A DNA stretch of 64,000 nt from the human T2T-CHM13v2.0 reference genome, Homo sapiens: the NCBI RefSeq assembly GCF_009914755.1, contig NC_060927.1. One strand, written 5' to 3'. A model generated the notes under the pieces. That model had not been told where the DNA came from and searched no databases. It was given only the letters and a program-made list of their open reading frames with translations. Shown here in pieces: positions 14,208 through 28,302 of the stretch (positions are counted from its first letter, which is position 1; every line of letters starts with the position of its first letter). A program made the position numbers and the translations under genes.

Positions 14208-15864
14208 TATTTGACCTTATGTCTAATCCATTAATGCTGTCATCTGCTGACTTGGCCATCATTCGGTTGGTACTTGACAGATTTTATATACAGATTGCTG
14301 CTGCCTCATTGCATGATTTTCTCCTCACAGTCCCATTCTGTCTGCTTCATCCTCATCACCTGCTGCTTCTATTGCCCCCATACTATCGTGGGCTGCCAGA
14401 TACTATGGGAGGCTGAGACTCTGATTTCTTTGACACTTTCAGATGCTTAGGATTATTCTGCTGTTTCCGTGTCTTGTAAATTCGGAGCTTGTGTGGAACT
14501 CTAATCAACTACGTACTTTTTTATTTTAGTCCTATGAATAAAGCAGATCAATAAAGTTCAACTACTAGCTTTGAAAGTGTCACAGGTTTCCATTTTGAAC
14601 CTTGTGTTACTTTAGTTTTTGTCAGATACTAAAGAAAAGAAAATAACCATTTTGATGGCAAAAAAATCTTGTTTTCAAGACAAGTCCCAGATGTAAGCTA
14701 CTTCTTAATCAGTGACTCAGTGATTATAACTTAGCAACATGCAAGTCTGTGTTAACTATATATAGCACTATTTTTGTATGCATTAAAATGAGCCTCTGAT
14801 GGTCAAAATAGTTTTTTTTAATTTTCAAAATGATAGCAGCTGTTTATCCTTAATTTTGAGAATAATTTGGGGAGCTGTGTACTTTACTTTTTGCCCAAAA
14901 AACAGAAATGACTTCATTGTTTAGATACAGGAAGAAATATGTTAAATCATCTAACCAATGCTGCTTGGAATAGGCTTCTTTAAAACATATTTGGATTGTG
15001 TAACTGTTCTGAACTAAACTTGGCTTGCTAAGCTCTGGATATTATATAACCTCAGAGAAAATACAAAAATAAGAAATAAAGATAGAATTAAACAAAAGAC
15101 AATGAGGTTGAGGCATTTCAGTGTTCATTTTTTAGGAACCCTTAATGTACCAGGTGTTGTGAATGCAAAGGTAGATGGGGCACAGCTCCTGTTGTTGAGA
15201 TCTCCAGGGAGGTGGGGAGATAATCAAATAATAGTGACAACAGTAAACACAAAGTACAGAGCCAGAGAGCATTTATTCTACCTGAAGAAAGGCTTCGTGG
15301 TGGAGGTAACATTTAATCTGTGGTGAAAGAGGAAAGGAAGCATATTCAAGAGTCAAGGACAGAATTTACCAAGAGATCCTATTCATTAGACTATAAGCTT
15401 GGTGATAGGAGGAAGAATGTCTGATTCACCTTTTATGCATTTAATGCCTAGAAGAATGCCTGATACATAAGATGTAAGAAATATGTATTTGCTGAATGAG
15501 TGGAAGCATGATTTCAGGCAAAGGTGGGTGGTTCAAGGTTATTCTATCTGATGAAACACAGAAAGAGTGGGATTAACAGATGAGAAAAGCTAGAAAGGTA
15601 TGTAAGGACCAAATGCCATGGCTATTACCTTCTGAGAAGTTAGGGTTTTGTCTTGCAGACAATGGCATGCCATTAATAGCATTTCAGTAGGGCAGAGACC
15701 CAGGTGAGGATTTAGTAAAATGTTGAGTGGATCTTTCCAAGTGCTTGGAACTAGGGTTTATAGGTAAGGACCAATGATAAGTACCTCATATTATGAAGAA
15801 AACACTCAATTATCATGTCATAGTCTTTACCTTCACTTCCTCTGTACTCCCCCTGCCGCCCCCA

Positions 15865-15899
15865 ACACACACACACACACGCACACATGCACACACACA
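15865..15899 (+). repeat. Imperfect (CA)n
   Basis: Directly visible. Confidence 0.9.
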
Positions 15900-16663
15900 G
15901 CTCTGTGGAAGTATGGCATTCTTGGTGAGGTGAAGTATTCCTTCATTTAGCCAGGACGCCTGAACAACCCTGCAGCCTCTGCTCCCTAGTCTCAATACCC
16001 CTTCACGGGGAGCCATGGGAGTCAAAGTGGTCCTCTTCTTTTTTCCCTGAGGGCCACAGGACTTGGTGTGATGATTCCTCTCCCTCCCTTTGGCTTTTAT
16101 TCACAGGCAAATTACTGAACTGTTATAGCAAAACTGTTATAGCAAACCACCTGCCTTCATACATTCCTAGACTAGAAAAAAGGACCAGTCTCCAAGTTCC
16201 AGTTCAATAGCCACCTACAAGGTACACACATCAAGCATTCCCAATGATTCTCTCATCACACTCTCCACTGCAATTTCATGCAGTGTGGTCCCGAGACTTT
16301 GCAGCTGATCAAGCATTCAGCCAGGGATGGAACCAAAATGCATAGCTTCACCTCTTGCAGGGATCCTCAAGCTCTTTTTCCTGATCCCTAACCTTCAGGC
16401 CTCATCACTGGGCATGGTGGTGGACAGAATGTGAACACAGACAGGTGAGCAGGAAAGCCTCTCTCCACAAACATTGTCCACAAAAGTTATTGTTTTGTTG
16501 AATTTGGGATTGTAGACGGAATAGCTCCTTACCTCTTAGTTTAGAGAGTTGGTAACCAAATCGCTGGCTGCTCGCTTTGGAATGTGGAGCCAATGGGCAC
16601 TTCTTGTCCTCATCTAGAGATCCGAGAAGCCAACTTCAGGGCAACAGAAAAACTTTCTCAATA

Positions 16664-16963
16664 TTCAGTATTGGTTTCCAATAGAGATAGAATGTGAGCC
16701 ACATTATGCAATTCCAATTTTTTTAGTAGCCACATTAAATAAGGTAAAATGAAACATGCAGAATTAATTTTAAAATATGCTTCAACCCAATGTAGCCAAT
16801 TATATTTTAAGTAGTGATCAATATAAACATTATAAATAAGATAGTTGCATTCTTTTTTGACACTAAGTCTTCAAAATCTAGTGCATATTCTATACTTACA
16901 GCACATCTCAATTTGGACTAGCCTCATTTTAAGGGCCTAATAGATTTTTTTTGGACAATACAG
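16664..16963. mobile_element. MER33-like hAT fossil
   Basis: tccaataga..aatgtgagccaca...cactaagtcttcaaaatctagtg..tatacttacagcacatctcaatttggactagcc. Confidence 0.82.
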
Positions 16964-17308
16964 ATGTAGATTAACTTGTGACCAAAGCTAGCAATGGTTC
17001 CTTATTGATCACAGGGTAAATTCAAATTCCTATTACAAATATATTTGTTTTTAGGGAGCTGTCTTCAAGGGTAGTGGGGAGGTCACCTGACGCAGGTCTC
17101 TTCTCACCATAGAAGACCACCCTATTTAACATGGCCTTAATTTCTAATTGATTATTTAGAAACTTAATTGTTTTTAAAACTCTGAAAGGAATAGTTTTTC
17201 CTGACTCAAGTCACTGCCTTAATTAAATACAGCTGAAATTCTAGAGTAACTTTTCTTTGAACTTTGCATCACGGCTTTTAAAAACTGATGGATTTTTTCC
17301 TCTTAAAG

Positions 17309-17464
17309 CACAAATCAAACTTTTCTTCCACAAAGGCAATTCAGTACAGCGCTTTGCAGATCGATGGGTCTACTTCAATGGCCTGGTAACTGAACACAGG
17401 CTGGATGTGCCCCATCCGCTCTGTCTCAGATTTATTCCTTCAGACTGAGCAAGAAAGAATCAAG
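17309..17464 (+). pseudogene. Candidate decayed exon, PH-domain-like
   Basis: Acceptor ttttttcctcttaaag|; reads QIKLFFHKGNSVQRFADRWVYFNGL (PH beta1-beta2-like); donors CTG|gtaact at 17385 or AAG|gtagaa at 17464. Confidence 0.4.
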
Positions 17465-18838
17465 GTAGAAAAGATAGAGTAAAATAGTGGTCATTACTTT
17501 TCAAATTTTATTTTTTATTTTTTTGGTTTGGCAAGTTGCCTCATTCCACACAGACTTTATGAGGTGCTTATGTCTTATTTTTTGAAGGTGAGAACTGTGA
17601 CCTAATCTGTATTCTGTGGGTTACTTAGCACATTGAGAATGCCCAATAAATATTAAACAGGAAGAGTTTATTGAACCACTAAACACCATACACTTCCTGG
17701 TTCATCTGTTGTACCAACTTCCAGTGCAGATCCATCATGAATAGATGAGTAGTTGGATAGAATAAGGAGTGAATTTATTTGATAGTTCACTGCCAAAATA
17801 TTGGTACTTAAATAATATTTCCTTGTCTTCTCCTATGAATCCAAGGAAAATAGTCTCACATTAGTAACAATTCTAAGTTTAAACAAATACATAGTTAGCT
17901 CTTTGTCTCTGGAAGTTTTAAAGTGGAGGTTAAAGTCCAGTGGCCCCTATTATCATCAATCCATAAAAATAGAACCCCTAAAATAACCTTCTGGCACCTC
18001 AAAATAAAAAAAACTTTAATAATACCAGAATATACAATAGTTAAAATATTAACTCTGAATTATTCAAATTGAATTATAGTCAATACTATTTTAGTGCTAA
18101 CTAGGTTTTATTTCTTCAAAACTATTCATTTATCAGATTCAATCATTTAAAGAGCAATTGAGTGTAGTACAGAGCACCTACTATGTTCCAGGCATGGTTC
18201 TAGGCTCTGGAAAACTGAAAAATTCTAGCTTTAATGGAGCCTACATTCTACTGGAGTATTTATTTCAATAGTTACTCAATCAAAATATTTAAAACATTTA
18301 ATTTAATCAAATATTTTACTTTAATTCAAGCATTTATTGCTTTTAATTCCATTTCTGTTTGATAGAAAATCTACAAGGTAGGTGTCGGAACTATGGCACC
18401 AATCAAGGTCTTTTGGTTATGAAATTTATGTTCTTTTCATAGCAGTGTATTTGTCTTTCAATTCAATTTGTTCAGGGTTGGTTTAGGAAAGCCACAAGAT
18501 CCCGTCTCACTCTAAGACTTTCTTTTTTCTGATTTTGTAATAAAATGTTCTAATCCAAGGATAACCTCCAGAAAATTGAGACTCAATTCAAAAATGAAGA
18601 TAATAAGGCTAAAGATAATACTGACGATGTAACTCTTTTCTAAAGGGTTCTACAAGGAAGGTTTATGAAAACCTTGAGAATAAAAATACAGAATAATCAT
18701 ATCCTTATAGATTGTATCAAGACGACAGAAATTGTATGGTGAGTTGGAACTTTCTATTTTATATTCAAATATATTAACCGTCATTCTTTCAGACTTGCTC
18801 TGAAATGTGTTTCTCAGGATAATTAAGAGCTGCTTGTT

Positions 18839-19150
18839 AGAGGGTAGAAGAGTGGTTATCAGCGGCTGGGGGCAGATGTTGAGGATATATTGGTTAAAGG
18901 ATAACAAATTTCAGTTAGATAGGAAGAATAGGCATGGAGATTATAGTTAATAACAATATATTGTATTTTTGAAAATTGCTGACAGTAGATTTTAAATGTT
19001 CTTACCACAAAAAAGATAAGTATGTAAAGTAATGCCTATGTTAATGAGCTCTATTTAGCCATTCCACAATGCATACCTATTTCGAAACAACATATACATG
19101 ATAAATACATGCAATTTTTGTCAATTAAAATAAATAAAAAATAAGCTTAA
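18839..19150 (+). mobile_element. 5'-truncated L1MA 3' end
   Basis: tttcagttagatagga..gaaaattgct..gtagattttaaatgttc..tttagccattccacaatg; A-rich tail; ctgcttgtt TSD. Confidence 0.88.
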
Positions 19151-19831
19151 AAAGTAACTGCTTGTTTTCTTATAAGTTACATACTATATATCTATATTAT
19201 AAAAGCATTTTAACCTCATCAAATAATATGGTCTTCTCCTTTCCCTGGGAAGCCTCTCACAGCTAAATTGCTTCATACATCTCTTGAATGCCTATTACTA
19301 ATATATTTACTTTTTAAAATGTTGACTAAAAGCGTGGTAAAGAGGGCAGGTAATGTGGGAGACAGGAAAGGGTCCGGGCGAGACAATCCCTTAAATAATC
19401 AGAAGCCATCCATTATTTAGAAGATTACTTGTTTTAAAATTCTAAAAGAAATTTTATTGTTCCAGCTCCCTGCCCCATTTAAATAAAAGCTAGCTCCGAG
19501 AATTAATTCGTCTTTGAAATTTGCATCACTTTTTAAAAATTAATTAAATCTATTATCTCCTAAATCACCAATCTAATTTGCTGTCTACTGAGGCAAGTCA
19601 AGGCAGCCCACTTGCAGATGAAAGTGAATACTCTCCATGCCACAACATTCAGAGCCCCTAGACCATCTTCTCAGTTGCACTCTATAATTGCTTCCTAAAT
19701 GTTGGCTTTTTCAGGAAGCTGCTGGTGCCTCAGAATCAAAATGATACCTACCAGTTCCCTTTCTGAACTTCCTTTGTCTCTTCATTACATACATTTCAAT
19801 AACATTTATTAAATAATTTCATGTGCCAGGT

Positions 19832-20103
19832 GTCTGGGTGCGGTGGCTCATGCCTGTAATCCCAGCACTTGAGATCGGGAGTTTGAGACCAGCCTGGCTA
19901 CATGGCAAAACCCCATCTCTACTAGAAATACAAAAATTAGCTGGGAGTGTTGGCAGGTGCCTGTAATCCCAGCTACTCAGGAGGCTGAGGCATGAGAATC
20001 GCTTGAACCTGGGAGGCAGATATTGCAGTGAGCCAAGATCGCCCCACTGCACTCCAGCCTGGGCGACAGAAGGAGACTCTGTCTCCAAAACAAAAAACAA
20101 AAA
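19832..20103 (+). mobile_element. AluS with about 30-bp internal deletion in the left arm
   Basis: cccagcactt joined directly to gagatcgggagtttgagacc. Confidence 0.92.
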
Positions 20104-20994
20104 TTACATTCTAGGTGCCATTTCCCAGAAATGTAAAAATGAGTGTTATTACCTGCTCTATATTTACTCACAGTATAGCAAAGAAGAGAGATACAAGAAA
20201 GAATGGGGTTGTTTACTGTGATAGAGACATGCATAGAGTCTAACAGAAGCATCCTAAAAGGGTCTCTAACCCAGATTGGGAACTCAGAGGTTTCCTGGTG
20301 AACATGGTGCCCAAGAGAATTCAAAAGAGAAATTGTGATTCCTTAGAGAGGATACGATGTGAAGGCAAATTGTTTCTGTCTTTTTCTGGAATTCATACCT
20401 ATCACGAAGCTCATCATTAGTATACTGTATCCCATATACTTCATAGCTCCCATTCTAGATAGTGAGTTCTATGAGTCGAGGCCCATGTTTGCTACAAATT
20501 TCTCTCTTGCACAGGATCTAGAAACTCTGAGTCAAGCAGGCGCATTCTGCAACACACAGGTGACAGGATTAAGAGACCTACAAGTCTAGCATAAAGGTTT
20601 CTTCTAATTACATCAGAAATACATCACGCAAGAGCTGAAATTTTTCTCATATTGAAGCAGATAAAAACATTCTAAACTTTTTAAGGAAAAGCTGAAAAAC
20701 TCTCAACTTTTATTTGCTTACTAAAGCAAAGGCCATGAACAGCTCAAACGGAATCATTTCCATTTTGTTCATCATGTGCATTTGTCAAACCTCACAAAGA
20801 ACAGTGTAGATAACACAAGTGAATACTGAATGGTGCTAAAGAAGATAACTTCTCATACTGTACATCAAAGTGATAGCATAGCATTGAAAATTGATGCAAG
20901 ACAAAGCAATTTCAACAGACTAAATGAAGTGAATTGTAGCTTCCTTTATCCCTCTCCTCCCACCTCCAAAGTTAGTTTTAAGGGTTCACAGCAG

Positions 20995-21490
20995 TAATTA
21001 AAAAATATTGATAATACTCAGGGCTGGTAAGTATGTAAAAATATGTACTCTTAAATACAGCTTGTAGAGGTGTAAACTGATGTATTTTTCGAAAACAACA
21101 TGAATATTATATATATAACCCTAAAAATACATTTCCTTAACAGCAATTCTACTTCTAAAAATCTATATAAATATTAAAATTTTTATCATACAAATCTATA
21201 GTACTGGTATAGAAATATATCTAGAATACATTGCTATTTTTTAAAAACCTGGGTTACACAGAGAGTATATCATACGATTCTATTTTTAGTAATTAATAAA
21301 TGCACCAAAAATTCTGGTAAAATGTGGTCCTAAATGCTTATAGCAATTACGTCTGATAAGCAATATTAGAATAAAATCGCTTCTTTATTACTTTTCTAAG
21401 AGTCTTCACATAACAACCCTACTTCCACACCCTCAAAAATTACCCAACTCTCCACACTATTTTCAAATATTTTGGAATAAATATGCATGA
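20995..21490 (+). mobile_element. Old L1ME-like fragment
   Basis: ggtgtaaactgatgta..cagcaattctacttcta L1 ORF2-end motifs, highly diverged. Confidence 0.55.
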
Positions 21491-22105
21491 CACTGATAAT
21501 CAGAAGATCTATTATACTATTAAAGTTCTAATTCTAGCCTTTCTCATGCTGTGTGTATGTAATGTGTGTCCTGGTGTGTCCTGCAAGTTTCTCTCTGCTC
21601 CCATTTGTCACACGCAGGGCATCCTCGTGACAAATTTAAGCTATAAAAGAAAGAGGATATTTGAAATTAGAATTGCTGGGAAAGGCATCTTGTAGTTTAT
21701 TTGCACACAAGTACTGGCTGATTTTTTTTTATTACCACACCCACATTCCTTGAAAAGCCTGACTTTCTTTATGTGGAAATTTCTAAACCACACATTTTGC
21801 ATGCAGGCTTCCTAGCCTCCTACACCAAGCAATAGCTTCTCCTTTTTTTGACCTTCAATTTAGGCGATAACAACTATAACATAATATACAATTTTCTCTG
21901 GTTTGTGGATGTTACTTTAGACTGTAAACTCTTTAAAAGAGGGCTTTTCTTTTCCTTTTTGTACCCCCACAGAGATCAGACTGAAGCTGGTTAAGCAAAA
22001 TGCCCTATTTACTTCGTCAGTTATATAGTAAGACAGAAAGCTAAGTAACCTGGTGAATTTGAAAATACCGTATTTTAAAAGATACATTTTGAGTTCTTTT
22101 AAAAG

Positions 22106-22276
22106 GTGGTCTAACAAAGCATGTATATACAATAGGCGTTTGGAAATCTTCATCATGATGAATGGAGTATTCGTCAACCTATACTTCATTGTAAACAAAA
22201 TGGTGATTAAGTGTTTGCTGTTAATGTTGAAATCATGCCATAGAAACATAATAGACTATGTCTAAAACACAGAAAT
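22106..22276 (+). pseudogene. Candidate decayed exon, PH N-terminal-like
   Basis: ttcttttaaaag| ... AAT|gtaaga, 171 nt; GGLTKHVYTIGVWK then, after a frameshift, FIMMNGVFVNLY; several stops. Confidence 0.38.
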
Positions 22277-22561
22277 GTAAGAAAAGAAACAAAAATGCCC
22301 CTTCCTGAGCAGTTAATTTCAGCATTTTTGGTAAAACTTGGCTTGCTTGCAAAGAATTGTTTGCTTTGGAAGAAGTGAGAGGAACACATTGTTTATCTGA
22401 CAGGTCACTGTCTTGCAGGAAACAGAGCTACTGTAAGGCGGTGTTTCCTAATGAATTTAAAATATGATGCCATGACATTTTGTAAGATGAGAGCTAATTA
22501 GTTCAGGGTCCTGAAAAGAATAAACTCATCATGAGCAAGTCCTCACTTGCTTTCCAACTGA

Positions 22562-23143
<582 letters not shown>

Positions 23144-23330
23144 TCATGGCCTAATTCTGACTGGGGCAGAGAGAAAATGGTCTGGTAGGGCAGTGCTTCT
23201 CAAATTTGAGTGTGCACACCCATCTCCTGGGGGTCTTGTCTCCCAGGGGATGCTGGCACTGTTGGTTTTAGGACTGAGTAGCAAGCTTCAGGAGTACCAT
23301 GGGGCACCACGTTGTGTATTGAATCTGTAG

Positions 23331-23559
23331 CAGGAATGTCCAATCTTTTGGCTTCCCTGGGCTACACTGGAAGAAGAAGAATTGTCTTGGGCCACACATA
23401 AAATACACTAACACTAATAGTAGCTGTTGACCAAAAAAAAAAAAATCTCAAAAAAAAAATCTCATAATATTTTAAGAAAGTTTACCAGTTTGTGTTGGAC
23501 CACATTAAAAGCCATCCTGGTCTCCCTGCGATCCACAGGCCACAGGTTGGACAAGCTTG
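23331..23559. mobile_element. MER30
   Basis: tgtccaatcttttggcttccctgggc..ggaagaagaagaattgtcttgggccacacataaaatacactaacactaa...ggttggacaagcttg. Confidence 0.92.
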
Positions 23560-23859
23560 CATAGGGCTTCAAAGTATTGGGAAATCCCTGTGCTTCTTCA
23601 AAGTCAAATTTTTAAATCAATGGAGGATGAACAGGGTGTGAGCAGCCCTTGAGGTGGAGGGCGGTGAAAGGAGGCTTCAGGCCCGAATTAGGGCTCCATC
23701 CTGTTTTTGGGTACCTGGCACATGCTTGAGCCACATTTGATATAAGCCATGCTCAAAAAGAAGGCAGCTCTATCCCTTCTGTGGCTGGAGGCCAAGGGTT
23801 CTCAGAAGCACAGCTCAGATGGTGGAGCTTGAATTCACACCTTCCTGGCACAGCATCAT

Positions 23860-24450
23860 GACCTATAAAGACTGTGTTCTTGCTTCAGGGAGAGCAAGGG
23901 GGAGAACAGGAGGAAGTGCTAACACCTTGCTTTTGTGGTTTCCTAGCGTCTAACTCTAAAAGACATGTGTTCCTTCCATTCCCACCTTCCTGTGGAAGGA
24001 CAGATCAGACCCCTGACCATCGCCTCAGCTCATCATTGCGTCATCTGGATGGCTTCCCTAAGCTCCCACCTGGGCCCAGAAAGGAAACGGCTTATGACCT
24101 GCAGTCTTTGACTATCACCATCTCCATTCTATTTATGGCCCTGCTGCACCTCTGTGCAAATTAGGAGAAGGTGACCCTCTTGTGGGGATGGAGGAGAAGG
24201 ACAAACCAGGCCGTGATCTGGCCAGTAAAGTGGGACTGGGCTGGCTCCTGGTGGGCTTTGGTAAGGTGTAACCTGCACCATGGTCATTACTGCCCAAAAT
24301 GAGAGCCATCAGCTTGCTAAGAATCGCTGAGCCCGGAGCGCCACTCTTGGGTGAAGATGCTTCTTTCAGATCCCCGCCTACCCACCTGCAAGGCTTGCAG
24401 GAAGTCTTGAGAAGAACCAAGAAGGAGGCTGATGCTCCTAGTTGTTCATG
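23860..24450. promoter_or_regulatory. GC-richer unique segment with enhancer-like motif cluster
   Basis: GAGGAAGTG (PU.1/ETS) 23910, TGTGGTTT (RUNX) 23934, TTGCGTCA (C/EBP-ATF) 24036, CAGGAAGT 24398. Confidence 0.35.
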
Positions 24451-26511
24451 AGCAGCCAATGTGGTAGGCTGATGCCTAACAGTTTCCACCTTCTTCTGCA
24501 TTTGTGGCTGAGGATCTACCCATGAGCCCCACAGAGCAAGAGCTGCCAGATTAATGCTCCTGCCTATGACATGGAAATTGTCAAAAATAGACCTGAATCC
24601 TTGCCAGGCCTCCCCATGATTTCTGTGTAGTATGGCCTTAAATATATTAGATAAGTCAGAAGCCTAAAATAGCTCAGCTCTTAGAATAACAGAATTTGGT
24701 CCCCTCCCACTTCCGTAAGTTGAATTCTTAATTGCTAAATTTCAGGCTTTTTTGTTGTTGTTTATGTAAGAATTTCAAGGCCACAACTCCATATTTGAAG
24801 TAAAGTGCTCATAAAATTAATTGCAAGGTAATTTGCCGTTAATAGTTATCTGATTTCTACTTTGATCTAGTGGTTGTTAAGAAGAGAGGTTTTGGTTTTT
24901 TTAATCTTGATTTTGCTGTTGATTCCTACTTTTAATTGCTGTACTGGAGAAAATGATTTCTGTGGGCTTCTTTGAGGTACAGCACATGATTCACAATTGT
25001 ATATGGTCTGATAACATAAGAAAATAACATTTTCTCAGTTAGTAGAATACAAATACTTAAAAATATATGTTTTTAAATATTTGAAAAGGGGTCTGCTGAT
25101 TCCATTATTAATGTATTGCATCCTTACTTGATTAAATTACTTTTGTTTCTGGAGGATTTTTTTGTATATGTATATTTGATGCTGTGTCCCTGGTGAGTTA
25201 TAAACTCCTTGAACTACAGCTTTTATCATGCATTTGTTATAAATTTTTATTCATTTTATATATATTGATATTGTCAATCCTCCTTTTTAAAATTTGGATT
25301 TGACTTTATAATTCTGCACATCCTTTTCTTTTCAACATTTGCCTTCATTTTTCAAGTGTGTTTCTTATAGACAGCACGTCTGTATTTTTTAAAAACCCAA
25401 TTTGATATTCCTTGTTTCATAACAGGAAAATTTGGTTCATTTGAATTCAGTGTGAAGATTAATATTTCGGTGTTGTTCTCACTTTATTTGCTATTTACCG
25501 TTTATTCCTTTTTTCGATTTTTACCTCTCTTTATATTCTTGCTAATAATATTAAGCTTTTTGCTAGTTCTGTTGTTTCTCTTTTGGTTTTTGAATTAATG
25601 TTATTTTATGATTCCCCATAGCCCTAACTATAAACTTATTCTAACAATATAAACTATTCTAAAAATCACATATAATTTATGTGTCTTTATTTATGTGTCT
25701 TTATTAACACATAAAAATTAATAAGTAAGTGTAACCACTCGAGTATTTAATTTGCCATTCCTCCTGCCCCTTTAAAAAGGAGACATTTCCACTGGCCCCT
25801 GCTCTTCCATCCTGAGCAAACTCCCCACCTTCACAGTAGCCAACACTTGGGTTTACAGCAATGGTTTCAGATTTTCAGCGTTTCATATCCTGGCTAACAT
25901 TTTTGAGATAATAATTTCTTCTGTTTAGCAATAAGTTCTTAAGATTTAAATATATTCCAGTCATATCATTTTATTAATTCATTTTTTTCTCTATACCTTA
26001 AAATCTATGGCATCTCATGGTTCGACATTAGGAAATCCATCACTATGATTCAGTAAGTAAACAAATTCAAGGTGTCACATCATATTGCTTTTTATGCTTT
26101 TGATTTTAGTAATATCCTTTCACATTCATAATCCAGATAGAGAGATAAGCAAGATTGTATCCACCAAGCCTCCTCTTTATTGATCTTCCAAACTGAAAAA
26201 CATAGCTGCCATTTTAGTCAGCAGTTAAACTTTATTATAGAATATTTTTATACCTTTTCTGCTAACATTACCTGCAACTCCCATGGTGATGCTCAAATCC
26301 CATTTGGGAATTCAGTGAACTAGCAGAACGAAATTCTAAGAGACTGGGGCTTGTTGATGTGTCCACGCTTTCCATGGGAACTGATGTTAAATATTTCACA
26401 AATACCATAACTTCCGGGAATTCACATATTCTTTATTGAATGTAGAATTGTGAAATCTTTAAGAAATAACTGAATCATTATTTCTTCACTGTCTCCTGCC
26501 TGTGAAAGCAG

Positions 26512-26692
26512 AACTATGAAATAGCTCAAGGGAATCAGTGAGAGATTTGTATCCATTATATTCAGTAGCCTGCATGTGTCCAAATCACAAATGAAATGAT
26601 GTGGGCAAATATAAATTAAAATTGAATGTTGCAGAAGTGGTTGAGGAACTTCACCAGGATACATTAATGTACAAACTGAAAACTGATGAAAG
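26512..26692 (+). pseudogene. Candidate decayed exon, PH C-terminal helix plus DEP start
   Basis: Pyrimidine tract then aagcag|; donor AAG|gtaaga; VACMCPNH/NEMMWAN/KLKLNVAEVVEELHQDTLMYKLKTDE. Confidence 0.45.
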
Positions 26693-26774
26693 GTAAGAGT
26701 TTGGTCCTATGTGGTGTAAAGGATAGGAGCAGTTTTGTGGACATTTCTTCATTCTTCTCTTTCTGCTTTTCCAG

Positions 26775-26836
26775 ACTTCTGAAGAGAGATTTGCTAGGAA
26801 AAATAAAAAGATATATAAATTTCAGTGATGCTGAAG
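26775..26836 (+). pseudogene. Candidate 62-nt exon, DEP-like
   Basis: Strong acceptor ttcttctctttctgcttttccag| and donor AAG|gtatgt; 82-nt intron joins in frame to the previous exon: (R)LLKRDLLGKIKRYINFSDAE. Confidence 0.55.
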
Positions 26837-26859
26837 GTATGTGCAAACAAATTGTCCTC

Positions 26860-27530
26860 ATTAATAGTAAAGGTATAAATTGATGTGGATTTTCTAGAAG
26901 ACAATTTAAAGGTACACACTTGGTTTCTAAAAAGTACACTTTTTAAAATCTATCTTTTTAATCCCAATTTATTTACAATTTATTATAAGAAAGTATTTAG
27001 GTAATTATGCAAAGATGTATGTAAAGTAAGTTCACTAATTGTTCTCAGTACAAAAAAAAGGATGAAATTCCATAAACATCTATTAAGAAAGACCTGGTTA
27101 AATAATGTATTGTACCTCCATATGTTTAGTCATTAAAAATGGTCACTTAAATCTCTAGTGTATTGACATCAAATAATGTCAACAATAAATTTAAAAAGCA
27201 TAACTCTCTAGTGTATTGACATCAAATAATGTCAACAATAAATTTAAAAAGCATAAATCTCTAGTGTATTGACATCAAATAATGTCAACAATAAATTTAA
27301 AAAGCATAAATATATAGAAAAATATCCCTATCTCTATATAAAGAATGTCTACATACCCACTTATGAATACATGGAAACATATCTGCAAGGATATAGTCTA
27401 AAACCTTATCGGTAGTGTTTCTTCGCAGTAGTGTGAAAGAAATACAGTAGAAACATTTAACTCCTTCCAGTAATGGGAAGGAGAGGAAGAGCTCACAAAA
27501 ACAGAAAGCATATATTTTTGACATTTTGAT
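26860..27530 (+). mobile_element. Old L1ME-like 3' fragment
   Basis: ggtataaattg..ttttctagaagacaattt; tgcaaagatgtatgt; ctggttaaataatgt. Confidence 0.5.
27148..27311 (+). repeat. Minisatellite, 3 x 53 bp
   Basis: Unit taaatctctagtgtattgacatcaaataatgtcaacaataaatttaaaaagca at 27148, 27201 and 27254; one mismatch in total. Confidence 0.97.
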
Positions 27531-28302
27531 ATTTTAAATGTAATCTCTTTTCTTCATTTTTCTGGCTACATATGTTGATTCAACACATATTAGTAAGCAG
27601 GATGTAATATTCAATAAAAACTTCTGTAATTGTCTGCATTAGTTCCAATTTATTCATATAGAAACTATTCATTTTACATATCTCTTTCTATTAAACTAAC
27701 ATTTAGCATGTAAGGCACAGTTTTATTTTTGAAATTATTAATAAATTAAAATGTTAGTGACAAACATAAACTCTTGAGCTTTACAATAGGTTAATGATAA
27801 AGAAGACAGCCAATATTAGATGGAGAAAAGCTTCATAAAACCCACAGGTTAGAGAAAAATTGTTAGGCATTTAATAAATGATAGATCCTTTATATTTTGC
27901 TGCACAAAAACCAAAGATGAAACCTTTTTTAAATGCATGGTCTCAGCATGCATTTCAAATCACATTTTTGAAGTTTATGAATTTATGATTATATAGGGGA
28001 AGACAAAATTCTTTGTTTCTCCACCCATCTTAGATCTATTGGCTGGAGCTCTGCAATTTAGACTGACAAAAGACGGATTAAACAAGATAAAAACAAGTTT
28101 ATTAACATAGGCACAATGCATAAGAATGGGAACTGTCACTAATGTATAACTCAAATGAGTGGTTAGACCTTAGGGTTATATAACAATCTGAACAAGGAAT
28201 AATAAATATGTTGAGAAGTGTCAGGACAAAGGAAAGGAACTTTGGGCTTCTAGGGGCAGCAAATTGTGGGAAGGTAAATTTTTGGGAAAAGTTAATGGAA
28301 GA

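Noticed and set aside
16118-16145. 14-bp tandem duplication (a similar one lies near 25675-25703)
   Set aside because: Ordinary slippage duplications with no sign of function.
18646-18738. Additional plus-strand splice-bounded segment ending ATG|gtgagt (similar ones near 43432-43489, 48328-48386 and 48762-48834)
   Set aside because: May belong to the fossil gene, but no convincing domain motif was seen, so not called.
24133-24501. 122-aa minus-strand ORF as a possible processed pseudogene
   Set aside because: No recognisable homology, poly-A tail or TSD.
27148-27311. Hairpin-containing direct repeats resembling a CRISPR array
   Set aside because: Copies are head-to-tail with no spacers, there are no cas genes, and the DNA is primate.
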